NCBI GenBank assembly: GCA_001938485.1
Contig: MQRK01243220.1
Coordinates: 8,430-69,405, forward strand
Length of the DNA: 60,976 bases
Source of the DNA: Girardia tigrina
Taxonomy: Eukaryota
Direction of reading: 5' to 3'
The translations under genes and the position numbers were made by a program. The notes below the pieces were generated by a model, which saw only the letters and a list, made by a program, of their open reading frames with translations, searched no databases and had not been told where the DNA came from. Positions within the stretch are counted from its first letter, which is position 1; each line of letters opens with the position of its first letter. Shown here one piece after another: positions 26,563-39,745 of this stretch.

Positions 26563-27744
26563 ATTATTTTTTAAAATTCGTTTAGTTTGTGCGCGCAAAC
26601 TATTCGGGGTAACACAGTAGATCTTTGGATTCGGAATGTAAGGTTTTGGCAAATCGAATAGTTAACGAGGTGATATCTTTGGCAACAAGTAATAATATGA
26701 CAAAGAAGCTTTTATCTATTGTAAACGGAGAGCTTCTGCATTTGGTGAGGTTTATGTATCGTGGTCTTCTGATATATGTTTCAGAGCATCCATAAATGAC
26801 TAAAAAGTTTATTAAATTGAATTATGGCATAATAATTTTCAATCCATCCAGATTCACATAAGTAATGAGCATCGATTTATTCTTTGGAGATAGAACTCTT
26901 TTGAAAATAATGGATCTTTTTGGAGAGATTGAGAAATAGCTAAACACTTGGGACATGATGTTTTAACAAGAGACAAGTTGAGATTGTGGCTGGCAAATGC
27001 AAGTAAATTGCTTTAGGATTAATATCCTGAATTCGTTTTTGAACACCTAACACACATCTTTTAATAACAGTGGCACCGTCGTAACCTTGTTCATGTACAT
27101 AGCTCATATCAATATAAACTTTTATTAGTTTCGTTATTATAGTGTGAGTTATTCTCTCGGTCGATTGATCATCTAATGGAAAAAATCAAAAACATCTTTT
27201 TGTACATTGTCTTCATCAACGTAACTAAATAAATCATTATTCAGAAATCACACTAAAAATAAGTAGCAATTATGTTTTTATCTTAATGAGAGAGAAAGTT
27301 ATTCAGTGTCATGGCAGTCACATGATTCATCAATCAGATTAGAGAAGCATTGAGATTTGTTGACTCTTTCCCAAATTTTTTCCTAATGGCCTCAATTTTG
27401 AGTTTGAAGACTGATGTATGAGCGGTTTTGGGAGCAGAAATAAATCTTTCATAAAGAGGTGCCAGATGTAGGAAATATTGCGATATATTAGCTAAATCAT
27501 CATAATAATCTTCGTGTCCTCATAAAGGTAATTTATATCGCCCTTATTACAAGATTTTCTCTATGATTGTTTCAAAGCTTGTGTGCTTTTCCTCGGATTG
27601 TTTTTTGGATCCTTTTTTTGGTTTTGTGAATAAAATCTAGTTTACTTTTTGTAGAGATTTCTAGAAAGAATTCTGCGTTCAGAGATTAATCTTGATTCTA
27701 CTTTGTCTTTTAGTGTCATCGAAAATGTTAAATTGCATCCTTCC

Positions 27745-28615
27745 TGTCTGGTTTTTGATCAAAATTATAACTCATTATCACCAAATTTTATTTCTATCAC
27801 AAATAACAATTATTCAAATAATTTTTTGTCGAGGAACTTTTCTTTGTTTTCTTTATGACCCGATTATTATAACAAAACAAAGAATTATAAATACTGATAA
27901 ACTATTTTAAAATTGAAATTTTTTATTCTCTTTATTTTGAAAATTTACATTCCACTATTTTGCAATTTAAGGTAATTTAAAACCAACATAATTTATTGTA
28001 GTCATATTTTTACTAAATTAACAAAATGATTTTTTATTATTTTAGAATTAGTTTAATGTTATTTTCTTTTATTTATGAAAACTTTTTTTTAATAAAAGAT
28101 TTTAACGTCTTATTTATTATCAATATTTCAGTTTAAAATTTTTTATTACCTAAAATTATTTTAAATACCAAAGTATACAATTTTAAAACAATTTGTTTTA
28201 AATATAATTTAAATACAAAAAATAATTTATAGTATTTTACAGTAATTTACAAATTTTTATTATTATTACAATACGTTAATGATAAGTCTTAATTAATTTT
28301 TTTTACAAAACTGTTTAGAATAACTTTTAGAATAACTTTTAAAATTAGTGCAAACATATTTTATCCTTGTATTTATATATTTCTTTTAAATCAATTATTT
28401 AAAAATCCATTATTTCCCAATTGATTTCATTTTAAGTTTTAACTCTACAATTAAAATTCGATTATTTCCAAAAATAACTTTTTAAAATTAATTAAGATAT
28501 ATTTTTACATTATAATTGCTTAGAAAACATTTGATTTTAAATATTCACTTATTTTAGAGATTATTTATAAAAAATTATTTATTCAAAAATTTAAAGAATG
28601 AGCCTGTCCTTCACA
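27745..28615. mobile_element. Solo LTR
   Basis: TGTCTGG...CCTTCACA with TSD CTTCC. Confidence 0.8.
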
Positions 28616-31181
28616 CTTCCATTGCTAAAAGATTTGACAAACAAAGCGTCTTGATGACTGGCAGCCTCATTTCCAAAGCATTCATTGTGAACATGACACA
28701 TAGTTTACAAAATGTACCTTATAACTTGTGGGAAAATGTCAACCACGACCATTTATCAAACCATATTGTTTGAAATTGTAAATTTCTTTTACCGATAGGG
28801 AAAATGTAGGAGGAATCAGGAGTCCACAAAGACAACATTTTTTTCTCACTAAAGCTGATTATTCAGTCCTTTCATTAAGTATAAAAATCAAAGTCTCTGT
28901 AATACTGATATCTGATTGAAATGAACTGGGACGGCAATTGTCATGCATCAAAGGATCTGAAGTATTTTCGACAGGAGAGGAGTTATGTGTATCATTTATA
29001 ATTGGTGGAAGAATAGATTATATAAAAGTTTAAGTCGATACTCAGTTTAAATTTGAATTACTACTGCCTGCAGAAATGAATTTAGATCTCTTTGTTCTCG
29101 GGACAAAGAAATCGGGGATATAATGTTGCCTCTGATGATGAAGTTGCTGAAATCGAGTTTTATTAAACCAGATTAAATTTTTTATTAACAATATTTTAAT
29201 CGGAGAAATAATAGAGTAAATTAATTAAAAATTGATTAAAATTAACAATATTTAAGAAAATTATTTTTTCCAGATAAAATTCATAATTAATAATGTATAT
29301 TTTATTAAATTTTAAACCATTAAGAATTTTATTAATTAGAAATGATTTATTGGAAAATTTTTTTTATATTTAGTATTTGTCAGTAAATTTTTAGTTTGGA
29401 AAATGTTCTGAAAATATTTCGAGGGGGAATCGATCACTATGTCCTCCTTTCGCTACGCCCCTGGCTGTCGTACGTTTTGTGATAAACTCGTGCAAAAATA
29501 AAGCAGAATACACTCTCAATATTTTATTACATCATTTACCAAAGTAAATAGTAATACAAGAGGAAGCTATCTAAATAACAAATAATTTTTATCGAAAATT
29601 AATTTCAATAATTTTACTTTCATTGTCATCGTTGTTATGAAGGGTAAATATTAATTTTAGATCTGTTTGTATTTGTACACAGTAAATATGTAATTAATCA
29701 ATGATTATGTCATCTTAGCACACAAAATAATTATACTGAAAGACCCTTTCACACATTGATATTAGTATCTAAACATTTTATATATAACGCATCACTGACT
29801 AGTCTCTCCCAATAATTATAGGAAAGGGTACACATAATTTTGATATGCCAATAAACATGAAAGAAGCAGCAATAATTATTTCTTTTAATATTTTCACAAA
29901 TTTGAGTATATTCTTATGTTAAATTAATGCTAGCCGACATAATAAAGGTATTGTGTATCAGATGTTTTATCCGTTTGAAAATGATCTAAGATCATTACTG
30001 TGACTTTTTAAGGGGGAATAAAACAATCTACTCAAAGGGGGACCGATATCGAATTCCTAAGGCCTTCCTAATTTTCTTTGCACTTTTTACACTTTCTGTT
30101 TGTAAGTTGTAGGCTGAAATTGGGCTATTTCATCAAATTTTACACATTTCAGATTTTTTTCTTCAGGCGGCATTTTTCTCAAAACAAAGATTCGAAAACA
30201 TTTTTCAATTTCGGTGAAGATTTTGTTCAGAAGATATGTCTCCAAACTCTCCACTTAATATGCACATTTAAGCTATATAGATGAAAATTCTTCATATATT
30301 ACCTCAATAATACAAAATTTACCATCAGAAAAAATGGAATGAGATTAAAATTTAACATACACATTCTTAGATTCGTGATAACTCATACTTGAAAAATCAG
30401 AAGTTGACATTTTTAAAACTTTTATTTAATAACAACAAAATAACAGTTTTAAACAATTTTTTGTAATAAATTTCCGAGAAATACTTTTCCTTTTTTTAAT
30501 TGCAGAAACCATGTTTACACAGTGAGAAATTTTTAGGTATGATGTGTCGTAGTTCAAAAATAACTGCCGAATTTTTATTATAACTTTTAAATAGTTTGTC
30601 GAAATTTAATTAAATTCAACAGAAGTTAAATTTAATTAAAATGTATTAAATAAAATAAAATTAATGGTTGTTTAAATAAACGAATTGGAAATTATTTTAA
30701 AAGCATACAATTTAAGAAATATTCGGAAGAATCAAGAATGATTCCAATATAGAAGAAGATCACAGACTTTTATTTTATAAAATTTATAATATAAATTTTG
30801 TTTATCGAGTGAAATTCCGGCTTCTAACATACATAATATTAATGAATTTTATATATAGATATATAATTTAATATTTTATTTAATAAGTATTTTAATTAAT
30901 AAGTATTTAATTTATAAGTATTAAATTTTATTTGTATAAATGTTTATTTTGAAAATTTTTATTTTAACTGTGTCGGTCTTATTAAAAATGATTTTTACCA
31001 AAACATCTCTAAATTATATATTTATTATAAAATATATTTGAGAATAATTCATTATACACTTCTAAAATAAAATGTACTTTCATCTTACTTTTCTTCTTGG
31101 GTTTCTTTTGCGATCCACCGAAAAAACGAAGTGTTATTTCTCAATTTATAAATAATTTTTTATTTATATATAAATTTACAG

Positions 31182-31235
31182 ATATCAGGGACGAAATACT
31201 TTGACTCCAAGGATATTGAAATCAAATCAGAGAAG
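31182..31235 (+). CDS. Candidate isolated phase-0 host exon (ISGTKYFDSKDIEIKSEK)
   Basis: tttacAG|54 nt open|GTagtc; may belong to the ankyrin gene or to the acidic-exon gene downstream. Confidence 0.35.
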
Positions 31236-31371
31236 GTAGTCATAAATTTTAGTACTTTTTATTGCTTAACTGAAAATTTGAATTCATGTATGTTTGTTAC
31301 AAATTGACTTAAATCTGTTTTATTTCGTGCTTTAGTAAGACGTTTTGTGTTTTTAAATTTATTATCACTTC

Positions 31372-34300
31372 TGTGAGGAATATCGGGTGTGTAATTGTTT
31401 TTTGTAGTGTTTGCATGTTTAAATGTTGTGTTGATTTTTTTGTGTGTTGATTTGGTATTGTGCCTCTCCTAATCAATTCTCCTAATGTTCAATATTTTAA
31501 TTCTTATAATATGAAACTAATTTATTTAAATTTAGATTTAATATTCAAATTTTTAATTTTTATTATTGCAACTTTTAAATAATTTTATTTGTTTTTATTT
31601 TTGTAAATTTTTAAATAATTAAAATCAAATTAATGTTTAAAAATGACTATTAAAATATTTTAGTGTAACAGTATGACAACTCAAGTTGATAAGAAACTAA
31701 ATGGTAAAACGGAGATATTAAAGATATCAAAGTTTAAGATAAATTGTAAAGAACTGAAAGGACGTCCAAGTGTGGATTTTTACGTGAAAGATAGGAAAGT
31801 TTATTGCCTTTTTGACACTGGAGCAAGAGTAAATGTAATGAAAAACATGAAAGATATTAAAATAAGAGAAACGAAAAAAACATATCCATTGCGCAAATGA
31901 TTCAGAACTGATCAATTAAGGAGTCGTCAAATTAAATGTGGCTATTGAGGGAACACAAAAGTTAATAGAGTTTTATGTGGTCAAAGAACTAGACCCGAAA
32001 TGATCGCAGGTATAGATTTCTTGGATAAATTCGGAATAAAACTGAAAAGACAGATACCTCGAGGTGGAGAAATATTGGTGATTAGAGACAACCCATCAGA
32101 TGAGGACAGACTAAGAAGAATAATGGATATATTTGACAAGCAAATTGACGGGCAATTAATGAAGATTCTAGCCAATTATAAATCAGTATTCATGGCTGAT
32201 AAGTGGGATATTGGGAAAACATCATTGACAAAACATAGAATAGAAACACACGGGGATCCAATACTAATAAAACCTTATCGGCAACCAAAACACTTTGAGG
32301 ACAAATTGGATGATGTTATTAAAAATTTCGAAGAAAATAATATAATCGAAAAGTGTAGCTCACCATGGAATTTCCCATTAGTATGCGTATGGAAGAAGGA
32401 AAAACAAGATATTCGAGTGTGTGTAGACTTCCGCTAGCTGAAAAGAATTAACGTCAGGCCAGCGTTTCCTATGCCAAATGTAGATGACATGCTGAACACA
32501 CTGAATGGTGCGCAATATTTTAGTACAATTGATCTTCGAAACGTATACTACCAAGTCGAGTTGGAAAAAGAATCAAAGATTAAAACAGCATTCTCAACAA
32601 AGAACGGACAGTATTGTTTCAAAAGAATGCCATTCGGGATAGCAGAAGAGGCAGCAAATTTCCAAGAGCTAATGGTCAAAGTCCTTGAAGATTTACACTT
32701 GAAAGAGACAGTAGTATATTTGGACGATATTTTGGTTTTTGCAAAAAATAAAGAAGAGCATATGCAACAAATAAAACATGAACTGGAAAAAATTAAGGAA
32801 GCAGGTTTAAGAATTAACCCAGAAAAGTGCCAATTTTTAAGAGAAAGAACAAAATTTTTAGGATATATTGTCAGTAAGAATGGTATAGAAACTGATCAAA
32901 CAAAGATTGGTGCCATTAAAAAATTTCAGAACCCATCATATATCAAACATTTGAGAAGTTTCTTGGGTCTAACAAATTACTACAGAAAATTTTTAAAAGA
33001 TTACGATGTGAGGAATGTTTTGAATTGTGTATTGATATTGTGCATGTAGAATGTTGATTCGGATTGTGCCTCTCCTACACAGATGGATGATTGATATTTT
33101 CTTTGATTCTTACTAATTAAAAATAATTTAATTTAATTTTAAAGTAAAAAGATTTAAAATAATTTTGAATGTATTATTTTTTTTTTAATGTAATTTAATT
33201 TTAACCAATTAGATTCTTTATAATTTAATAATTTTTATTAACAGAGTTTCATTTATTGAAAATAATTAGTTTGAACTCAAAAAAAATTGATCAAGAGAGA
33301 TGTCAGATAGTGAATGCGCTTGTAATATTAATAAATGTTGTAAACCTCATATTGATGTTGTTAATATACGCAAAATACTCAAAAGTATTGAAGAGTTTGT
33401 GTGGTAAGAATAAAGACAAGAAAATAATATGGACTGAAGAATACGAGGAAGCTTTTAGAAAATTGAAAGAAAAAATGATTGACACCCCGATACTGGCGTA
33501 TCCTGATTTTCAGAAGGAGTTTATACTGGATACAGATGCAAGCTTCGATACAATCGGGGCAGTATTATCACAGAAGGACACGTATGGTAGAGAGAGAATG
33601 ATCACGTATGGATCACATAAAATGAACAAACTTGAGCTTGGATATTGTGTTACGAGAATAGAGTTGCTAGAAATTTATTATTTTACGCTAAATTTTAAAC
33701 ACTTCTTATACGGTAAAAGATTTTTACTAAGAACTGATCATAAAGCTATTACCTTCATGTTGAATACGAAAAACCCAATAACACAACAATTTCAAACGTG
33801 GATAGATTTTCTTAGTAGTTTAAATATGAGAATGGAATATCGGAAAGGAGGAAACCACTAGAATGCAGATGCAATGTCGAGAAATTCTTGTGAATTGTGT
33901 AATCAGTGTCAAACAATGCAAACAATGTAAAGAACAAAGAAATGGTTACTGAAGGACAATATTGTGACAACAATAGATAACAAATATTGGATTCCGAGAA
34001 CCGGGCAGAATTCGTTGAAGACGCTCACAAGATGCTGTGCCATGTCGGTAGTAAAAAGGTTTATAAATATTTGAAAGATTATTTTGATATGGTTAATATG
34101 AGAGAGATAATTAAGGAAATTGTAAAATGTTGCATAAACTGTCAAAAAAGAAAGACTTTAACCACAAAAACGAAAGAAAGTTTTATTAAACAATTTGCTG
34201 GTGAACCATTTAAAAAGTTGTATATGGATTTTTGTGGACCATTTAAAAGGACTTTAAATGGATATCAATATATATTAGCTATAATCGATCAATTTAGCAG

Positions 34301-35405
34301 GTATATAAGTCTGAATGCTTTAATTCATCAAGATGAGAAAACTGCTCGGAAGGTACTACTGGACAGATGGATTTGGAAATTCGGACTACCAAAAGAGATC
34401 CATGTGGATAGAAGTAAAGCATTCGAATCGACACTCTTCAAAGACACAATGAAGTTATTTAAAGGATAAATAATTTACTCCGATCCTTATCATCACAATA
34501 TCAATGGCATCATTGAAAGACAATTTAGAACAATTAGAGATGCTATGAACATAAGGATAAAAGACCAAGCCCACAAAGATTGGACGGAAATATTGCCAGA
34601 AGTAGAATTTATGATGAAAAGCACAATTCAAGCTACCACATGAATCTCACCAGCAGAAATGATATTTGGTAGGAAGCTAAGACATTGGTGGAAAGATACT
34701 AAGAAACATAGTTTTAATAAGAAGGAAAAGAGCGAAAATACGATAGAAACAAAAGGAATATTTCATACGGGGGATAAAGTGTTGATAAAAAAAGAAAATG
34801 CTACAAAGGAAGAAGATCGATATATGGCCCCAGCCACAGTAAAAAGTAGTAGACATGAATGAAGTTATGAATTGGAGCTAGAAGATGGTAGATTTTTGAT
34901 TATAAATGTGGAATGGCTAAAGCCATTTAAATCGAGGGGGATGTGAGGAATATTTGATATGTGGAGGTTTTTGTATAGTGTTTGCATGTTTAAATGTTGT
35001 GTGTTGATTTGGGATTGTGCCTCTCCTAATCAGATGGGTGATCATTATTTTAATTCTTATATTCTGAAACTAATTTATTTAAATTTAGATTTAATTTTCA
35101 AATTTTTAATTTTTATTATTGTAACTTTTAAATAATTTTATTGATTTTATTTTTGTAAATTTTTAAATAATTAAAATCAAATTAATGTTTAAAATTGACT
35201 ATAAAAATATTTTATTTCAGCCAATAAAATTTAAATTAACTATTCTTAAATAAAATAATTTTCTCAAGTTTAGTTTAGACTATAATGAGAGATATTGAAA
35301 ATTGAGTGATGGACTTAAAAGAAATCAATAATATTGATTATCATAAAGATGATAGGAAATGTGAATGTAATATATGTTCTGTCAAATGTGTGACTTCTCT
35401 TAACA
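31372..35405 (+). mobile_element. Ty3/gypsy provirus, family A, gag deleted
   Basis: Truncated 5' LTR; PR (LFDTGA), RT (YLDD), RNase H (DTDAS), IN (YMDFCGP); PPT GAGGGGGA; 3' LTR 34942-35405; TSD ACTTC/ACTCC. Confidence 0.92.
33007..33366 (+). mobile_element. Solo LTR inserted in RT
   Basis: TGTGAGG...GTTGTTAATA; TSD TACGA/TACGC; RT reading frame resumes after it. Confidence 0.85.
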
Positions 35406-35559
35406 ACTCCAACTGGTATATGTTCCTGTGACGTATATTTTAAATTTGGTATATTAAAATAAGTATGTTGAATTTTGTATGTTGAGTTTCGTATTTGGAA
35501 ATGTGTTTCTCCCACCCTGATCGCAAATTGGTATTTTAGATGTTCACGAGCATAATTTG

Positions 35560-38065
35560 TGTGAGGAATATTTTGAATGTTTGATGTTTTTTGTCTGAAT
35601 GTTGTATGTTGATTTGGAATTGTGTATCTCCTACCCAGATGGATGATTAATATTTGAATTCTAATTATCTAAAAATATGTAATGTTTAAATTCATTTCTA
35701 ATTTAAAATAATTGTAAAATTTTAAATAAGTGAATTAATTTTTACGATTTTTATATATAAATCGAATTAATATTTTTTTAATTGATCATTTTCTAGTAAT
35801 CATTTTAGTTTTTATCTAATAAGTTTTGAGTAAATATTTAAATAAATTATTTATTTTCTGCATTTGCTAAAAATAATAGGAATTAATTCATTTGATAGAT
35901 GATGATGATGTACAAAAACAAATAGCCATTCAAGGTATCACGAAATCTGATGAGATTAAAGAAATACAAACGAGAATTTTTGAACACGATAAAAAGAAAC
36001 GAAACGCACCAGTGGCAGCATATAACACAAAAAGAGAAAATGAATGGAAAACAGTGAAAAATAAAAGGAGAACAGCAAAACCGCGGAATGGAGAAATGCC
36101 AGAAGATACTAGAAGAAATTTAAAGTCAGGAAAATTACTTGTTGGGCATGTCATGAAGAAGGATATATTAGAAGAGAGTGTCAAAATGTGAAGTGTAGTC
36201 ATTTTAATAAAAAAAGGCATTTAAGAACACAGTGTTATGAAAACCCTAATATGTTTATGGAGCGTGATAAATGGAAAAGGAATAATTGAAGAAATTGATG
36301 GGAAAATGATAGGGAAAACTACTCGAATCAAAGATATGGAAACTGGACGACATACATAAATAGGAAATATCCAGTAGCGGAATTGGACGAACTAGATGAT
36401 GAATTGTATAGAAGAGATGACTCTTCAAGACGGGGCTATACAGACGAAATTGATAGAAAAAAAGATTCTAAAAGACAAAAAAATATCCTAGAGTTTACAG
36501 AAAATTCAGAGATGATCATGGTAACAAGGATGTACGATCACAGGGAGAAGTGATCAGTGTGCTCCATGAGTGTTAGGAATGTTTTGAATTGTGTGTAGAT
36601 ATTGTGCATGTTGTATGTTGATTCGGATTGTGCCTCTCCTGCACAGATGGATGATTGATATTTTCATTGTTTCTTACTAATTAAAAATAATTTTATTTTA
36701 TTTTAAAGTTAAAAGATTTAAAATAATTTTTGAATGTATTATATTATTTTTGAATGTAATTTTTTAATGTAATTTTAATATATTAATTTTTAAGACACTT
36801 TGAAGAAACCGATATTATCGAAACATGTAGTTCTCCTTGGAACTTTTCTTTAGTATGTGTTTGGAAAAAAAGCAAGATATTCGAGTATGTGTAGATTTTC
36901 GTTAGTTAAATAAAATAACCGTCCGACCAGCTTTTCCAATGCAAAATGTAGACGACATTTTGAAAACACTAAATGAACAAAACACTTTAGTACTATCGAT
37001 TTGGAAAACGCTTACCATCAAGTAGAATTAGAAGATGAGTTAAAGATTAAGACGGCATTCTCAACAAAGCACGGTCAATACTGTTTCAAGAGAATGCCTT
37101 TTGGAATTACTGCGGCCCCAGCAACTTTTCAGGAGCTAATGGTGAAAGTTTTTGGAGATCTGAATTAGAAAGAGGTAATCGTATATTTGGATGATATTTG
37201 ATTTTCGCAAAAGATAAGAAAGAACATCTTCAAAGAGTAAATGACGTATTTGAGAAGATTAAACAATCAAGTTTGAGAATAAATCCAGAGAAATGTCAAT
37301 TTTTAGTAGAAAAGACTAAATTCTTAGGATATAACATAAGTCAAGATGGTATCGAAACAGATAAATCAAAGATTGACGCGATAAGCAAGTTTCAAAGCTC
37401 ATCATGCATTAAACATTTACGGAGCTTTTTGGGCTTGACGAATTACTACTGAAAATTTATAAAGGATTACGCAAGATATGAAAAAGTATTGGAAGGTTTA
37501 TGTGGTAAAATAAGGATAAGAAACTGATTTGGACTAAAGAATGCGATGAAACCTTTCAAAAACTAAAGGACAGAATGATTAAAGCTCCAGTTTTGGCATA
37601 TCCTGATTTTGCCAAAGACTTCATATTTCATACAGATGCAAGTTTTGATACGATAGGGGCGATGTTATCACAGAAAGACAAATGTGGAAGAGAAAGGGTG
37701 ATTGCGTATGGATCACATAAAATGAATAAACATGAACTAGGCTTTTACATTACAAGGAAAGAACTACTTGCAATTTATTACTTCACAAAGCATTTTAAAC
37801 ATTTCTTGTATGGAAAAAGATTTTTGTGGCGAACAGATCATAAAGCTATTACGTTTATGATGACTACAAAGAACCCTATCATACCACAGTTCAAAACATG
37901 GATAAATTTTCTGAGTAGTCTTGAGATGAAAATTGAATATCGAAAAGGCGAAAAACATTCAAATGCTGATATAATATCAAGAAATTCATGCTACTTGTGC
38001 AATCAGTGTCAAAAAATACATGAAGAGATAAAGAAGGGAAAGATTAAAACATGAATACTGGCAAT
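35560..38065 (+). mobile_element. Rearranged gypsy fragments (LTR pieces, gag, RT, RNase H) related to family A
   Basis: LTR starts near 35560 and 36571; gag similar to 40600-41050; RT/RH at 36790-38054. Confidence 0.85.
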
Positions 38066-38068
38066 AAG

Positions 38069-38905
38069 TTATTCCGAAGATTATTCCGAAACCGAGAGTG
38101 TCAATGGGGACATTGTTTCCGGGAAATCAAAATTCAATTAATTTTCTTTTAATCAAATCAATCTCTTTTCGACTAATTAATTCGATTCGATTAATTGCTG
38201 TAGCAATTCTTTCAGGACGAGTGCGTTGAAGAAACAGATTATGATGAAGCACAGCGACGATTCCTTGAATAATGTTCCCTTGACCTGTGAGACGGTTGAG
38301 ACCGGTCCTTTTTTGAGAAAGACACTGAGCTTTAATATGAAATCGAATAAACACAAAACGAAGAAATATATCTCATCTTCCTCTGAGATACAACATCTAC
38401 ACTAAAATCGTAATCAATTTGCACACCGGAGCCTGTGGCTGTAACGGTTTTACCAGTCTCATAATACCAAATTTAATGGTTTGTAATTTGCCTGTAACAG
38501 TTTTTTATTCTTGATGTATTTTAGTCTTTTTACCTTTAGTGTCACATGTGTCTAATTTTCAATATGTTGAATACTTTTATTTGTTTCAGAAGGTCGAATC
38601 AGACGAAATGGAATTACATAGTGACTTTTCGGTATCTGATGAATTACATAGTGATGAAACTGGATATATTAATAAATTTCCGTTATCTAAGGAATCGTTG
38701 GAGTTGGTGGACCTGAAGACATTTGAGGAAAAAGAGTTATTGGTTTGTTTTTTTTTGTTTTTAAAGAATATCGCGTGAACAAATAAAATTTACCTCCATA
38801 TCTTTTTTTAATACTATACCATCTTAATAACCTTGGAAATAACCAGAAACACTTCAGAAATAGTCCATAATAACAGAGTTAGTTTTGGAGCAGCGTAGTA
38901 GTTAT
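38069..38905 (+). repeat. Host exon-fragment cassette, copy 1
   Basis: Near-identical to 44950-45630 and 60205-60861; includes AG/GT-bounded 153-nt exon 38590-38742 (KVESDEMELHSD..EKELL). Confidence 0.85.
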
Positions 38906-38959
38906 GCATAGATATAATATAAATATAATGATATACAAAACAAAAAATTACAACATAAA

Positions 38960-39420
38960 AGAGTTTTTCTTAGTACACACATATTTTTCAATATTTTCGT
39001 TATTAAAATATTTTCATTTCTGTAATATAGAATTAAGTATTGAGAAACTGCGTTCAACGCTAGCTGAAGTGGGTTGACATTTCATTAAAAGTTTATAAAT
39101 TGAGGGACTGAGGTTAGGGTTCGACATCGTTTATTGCTAAAATATAATTTTTTTAAAGTCTTGCTTCCACATATTCTTTAATTTTGCATTCATCCTCTTC
39201 AAAATTATGATCTATAAGCATTCTTAATGTTGCTTCGATTGCGTATTGACTTGCTCTCATTTTAATTGAGAAAAATGACAAATTCTTCTATTAAGAGGTG
39301 ATGTTATATAAATGTTTTTCAACAGTATAAGATTCTAATGCTTTTTTAGCTTCAAGTACAAAAATTTCTTTTTTTATTTGATAAAATAATATAATTTAAG
39401 ATTTTTTTATCATTTAACTA
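38960..39420 (-). mobile_element. hAT C-terminal fragment, same family as 58672-59737
   Basis: KCQPTSASVERSFSILNSIL (hAT dimerisation motif); matches 59320-59490. Confidence 0.8.
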
Positions 39421-39745
39421 TGAAGTATTAAATTATATAAAAATGTTTTTTTCTGAGAAACGTCGAAAGAGAAACGATCGGATGAGAATCGACCTGTCCC
39501 TGTCGTAGTGGACCTAATACTACCATGGACCTAATACAATCGAGGGATATTACATCGTATATTTATTCCAACCGCCCTATAAAGCGACAAAATCTACATA
39601 TGAGTAGTGTCTTTTTAAAAATGGAGCAGCAGGACACATGACTGCAAAATATGTTTGTACGGGCTTTAGAAAGGCTAATTACAATCTATTCTAGATAGAA
39701 GTATATATCACCGTCGACTACAGATATAATAAATTACTTCCCCAT

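Larger units (their letters stand above)
23749..26617. mobile_element. Tc1/pogo-like DNA transposon nested in the hAT
   Basis: TA TSD; about 40-bp TIRs CTGTGTTACCCC.AATA.TTTGCGCGC.CAAACTAAACGAAT; subterminal GCGCAAA repeats; decayed coding-like tract at 24100-24780. Confidence 0.8.
22897..29463 (-). mobile_element. hAT element (TTF zinc finger/DUF4371-type transposase pseudogene) with nested insertions
   Basis: TIRs TAGGGGCGTAGC / GCTACGCCCCTG; perfect 8-bp TSD GCTGTCGT (22889-22896 and 29464-29471); minus strand QFQTIWFDKWSWLTFS..GTFCKLCVMF near 28700-28790 and L*GHED near 27520. Confidence 0.92.
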
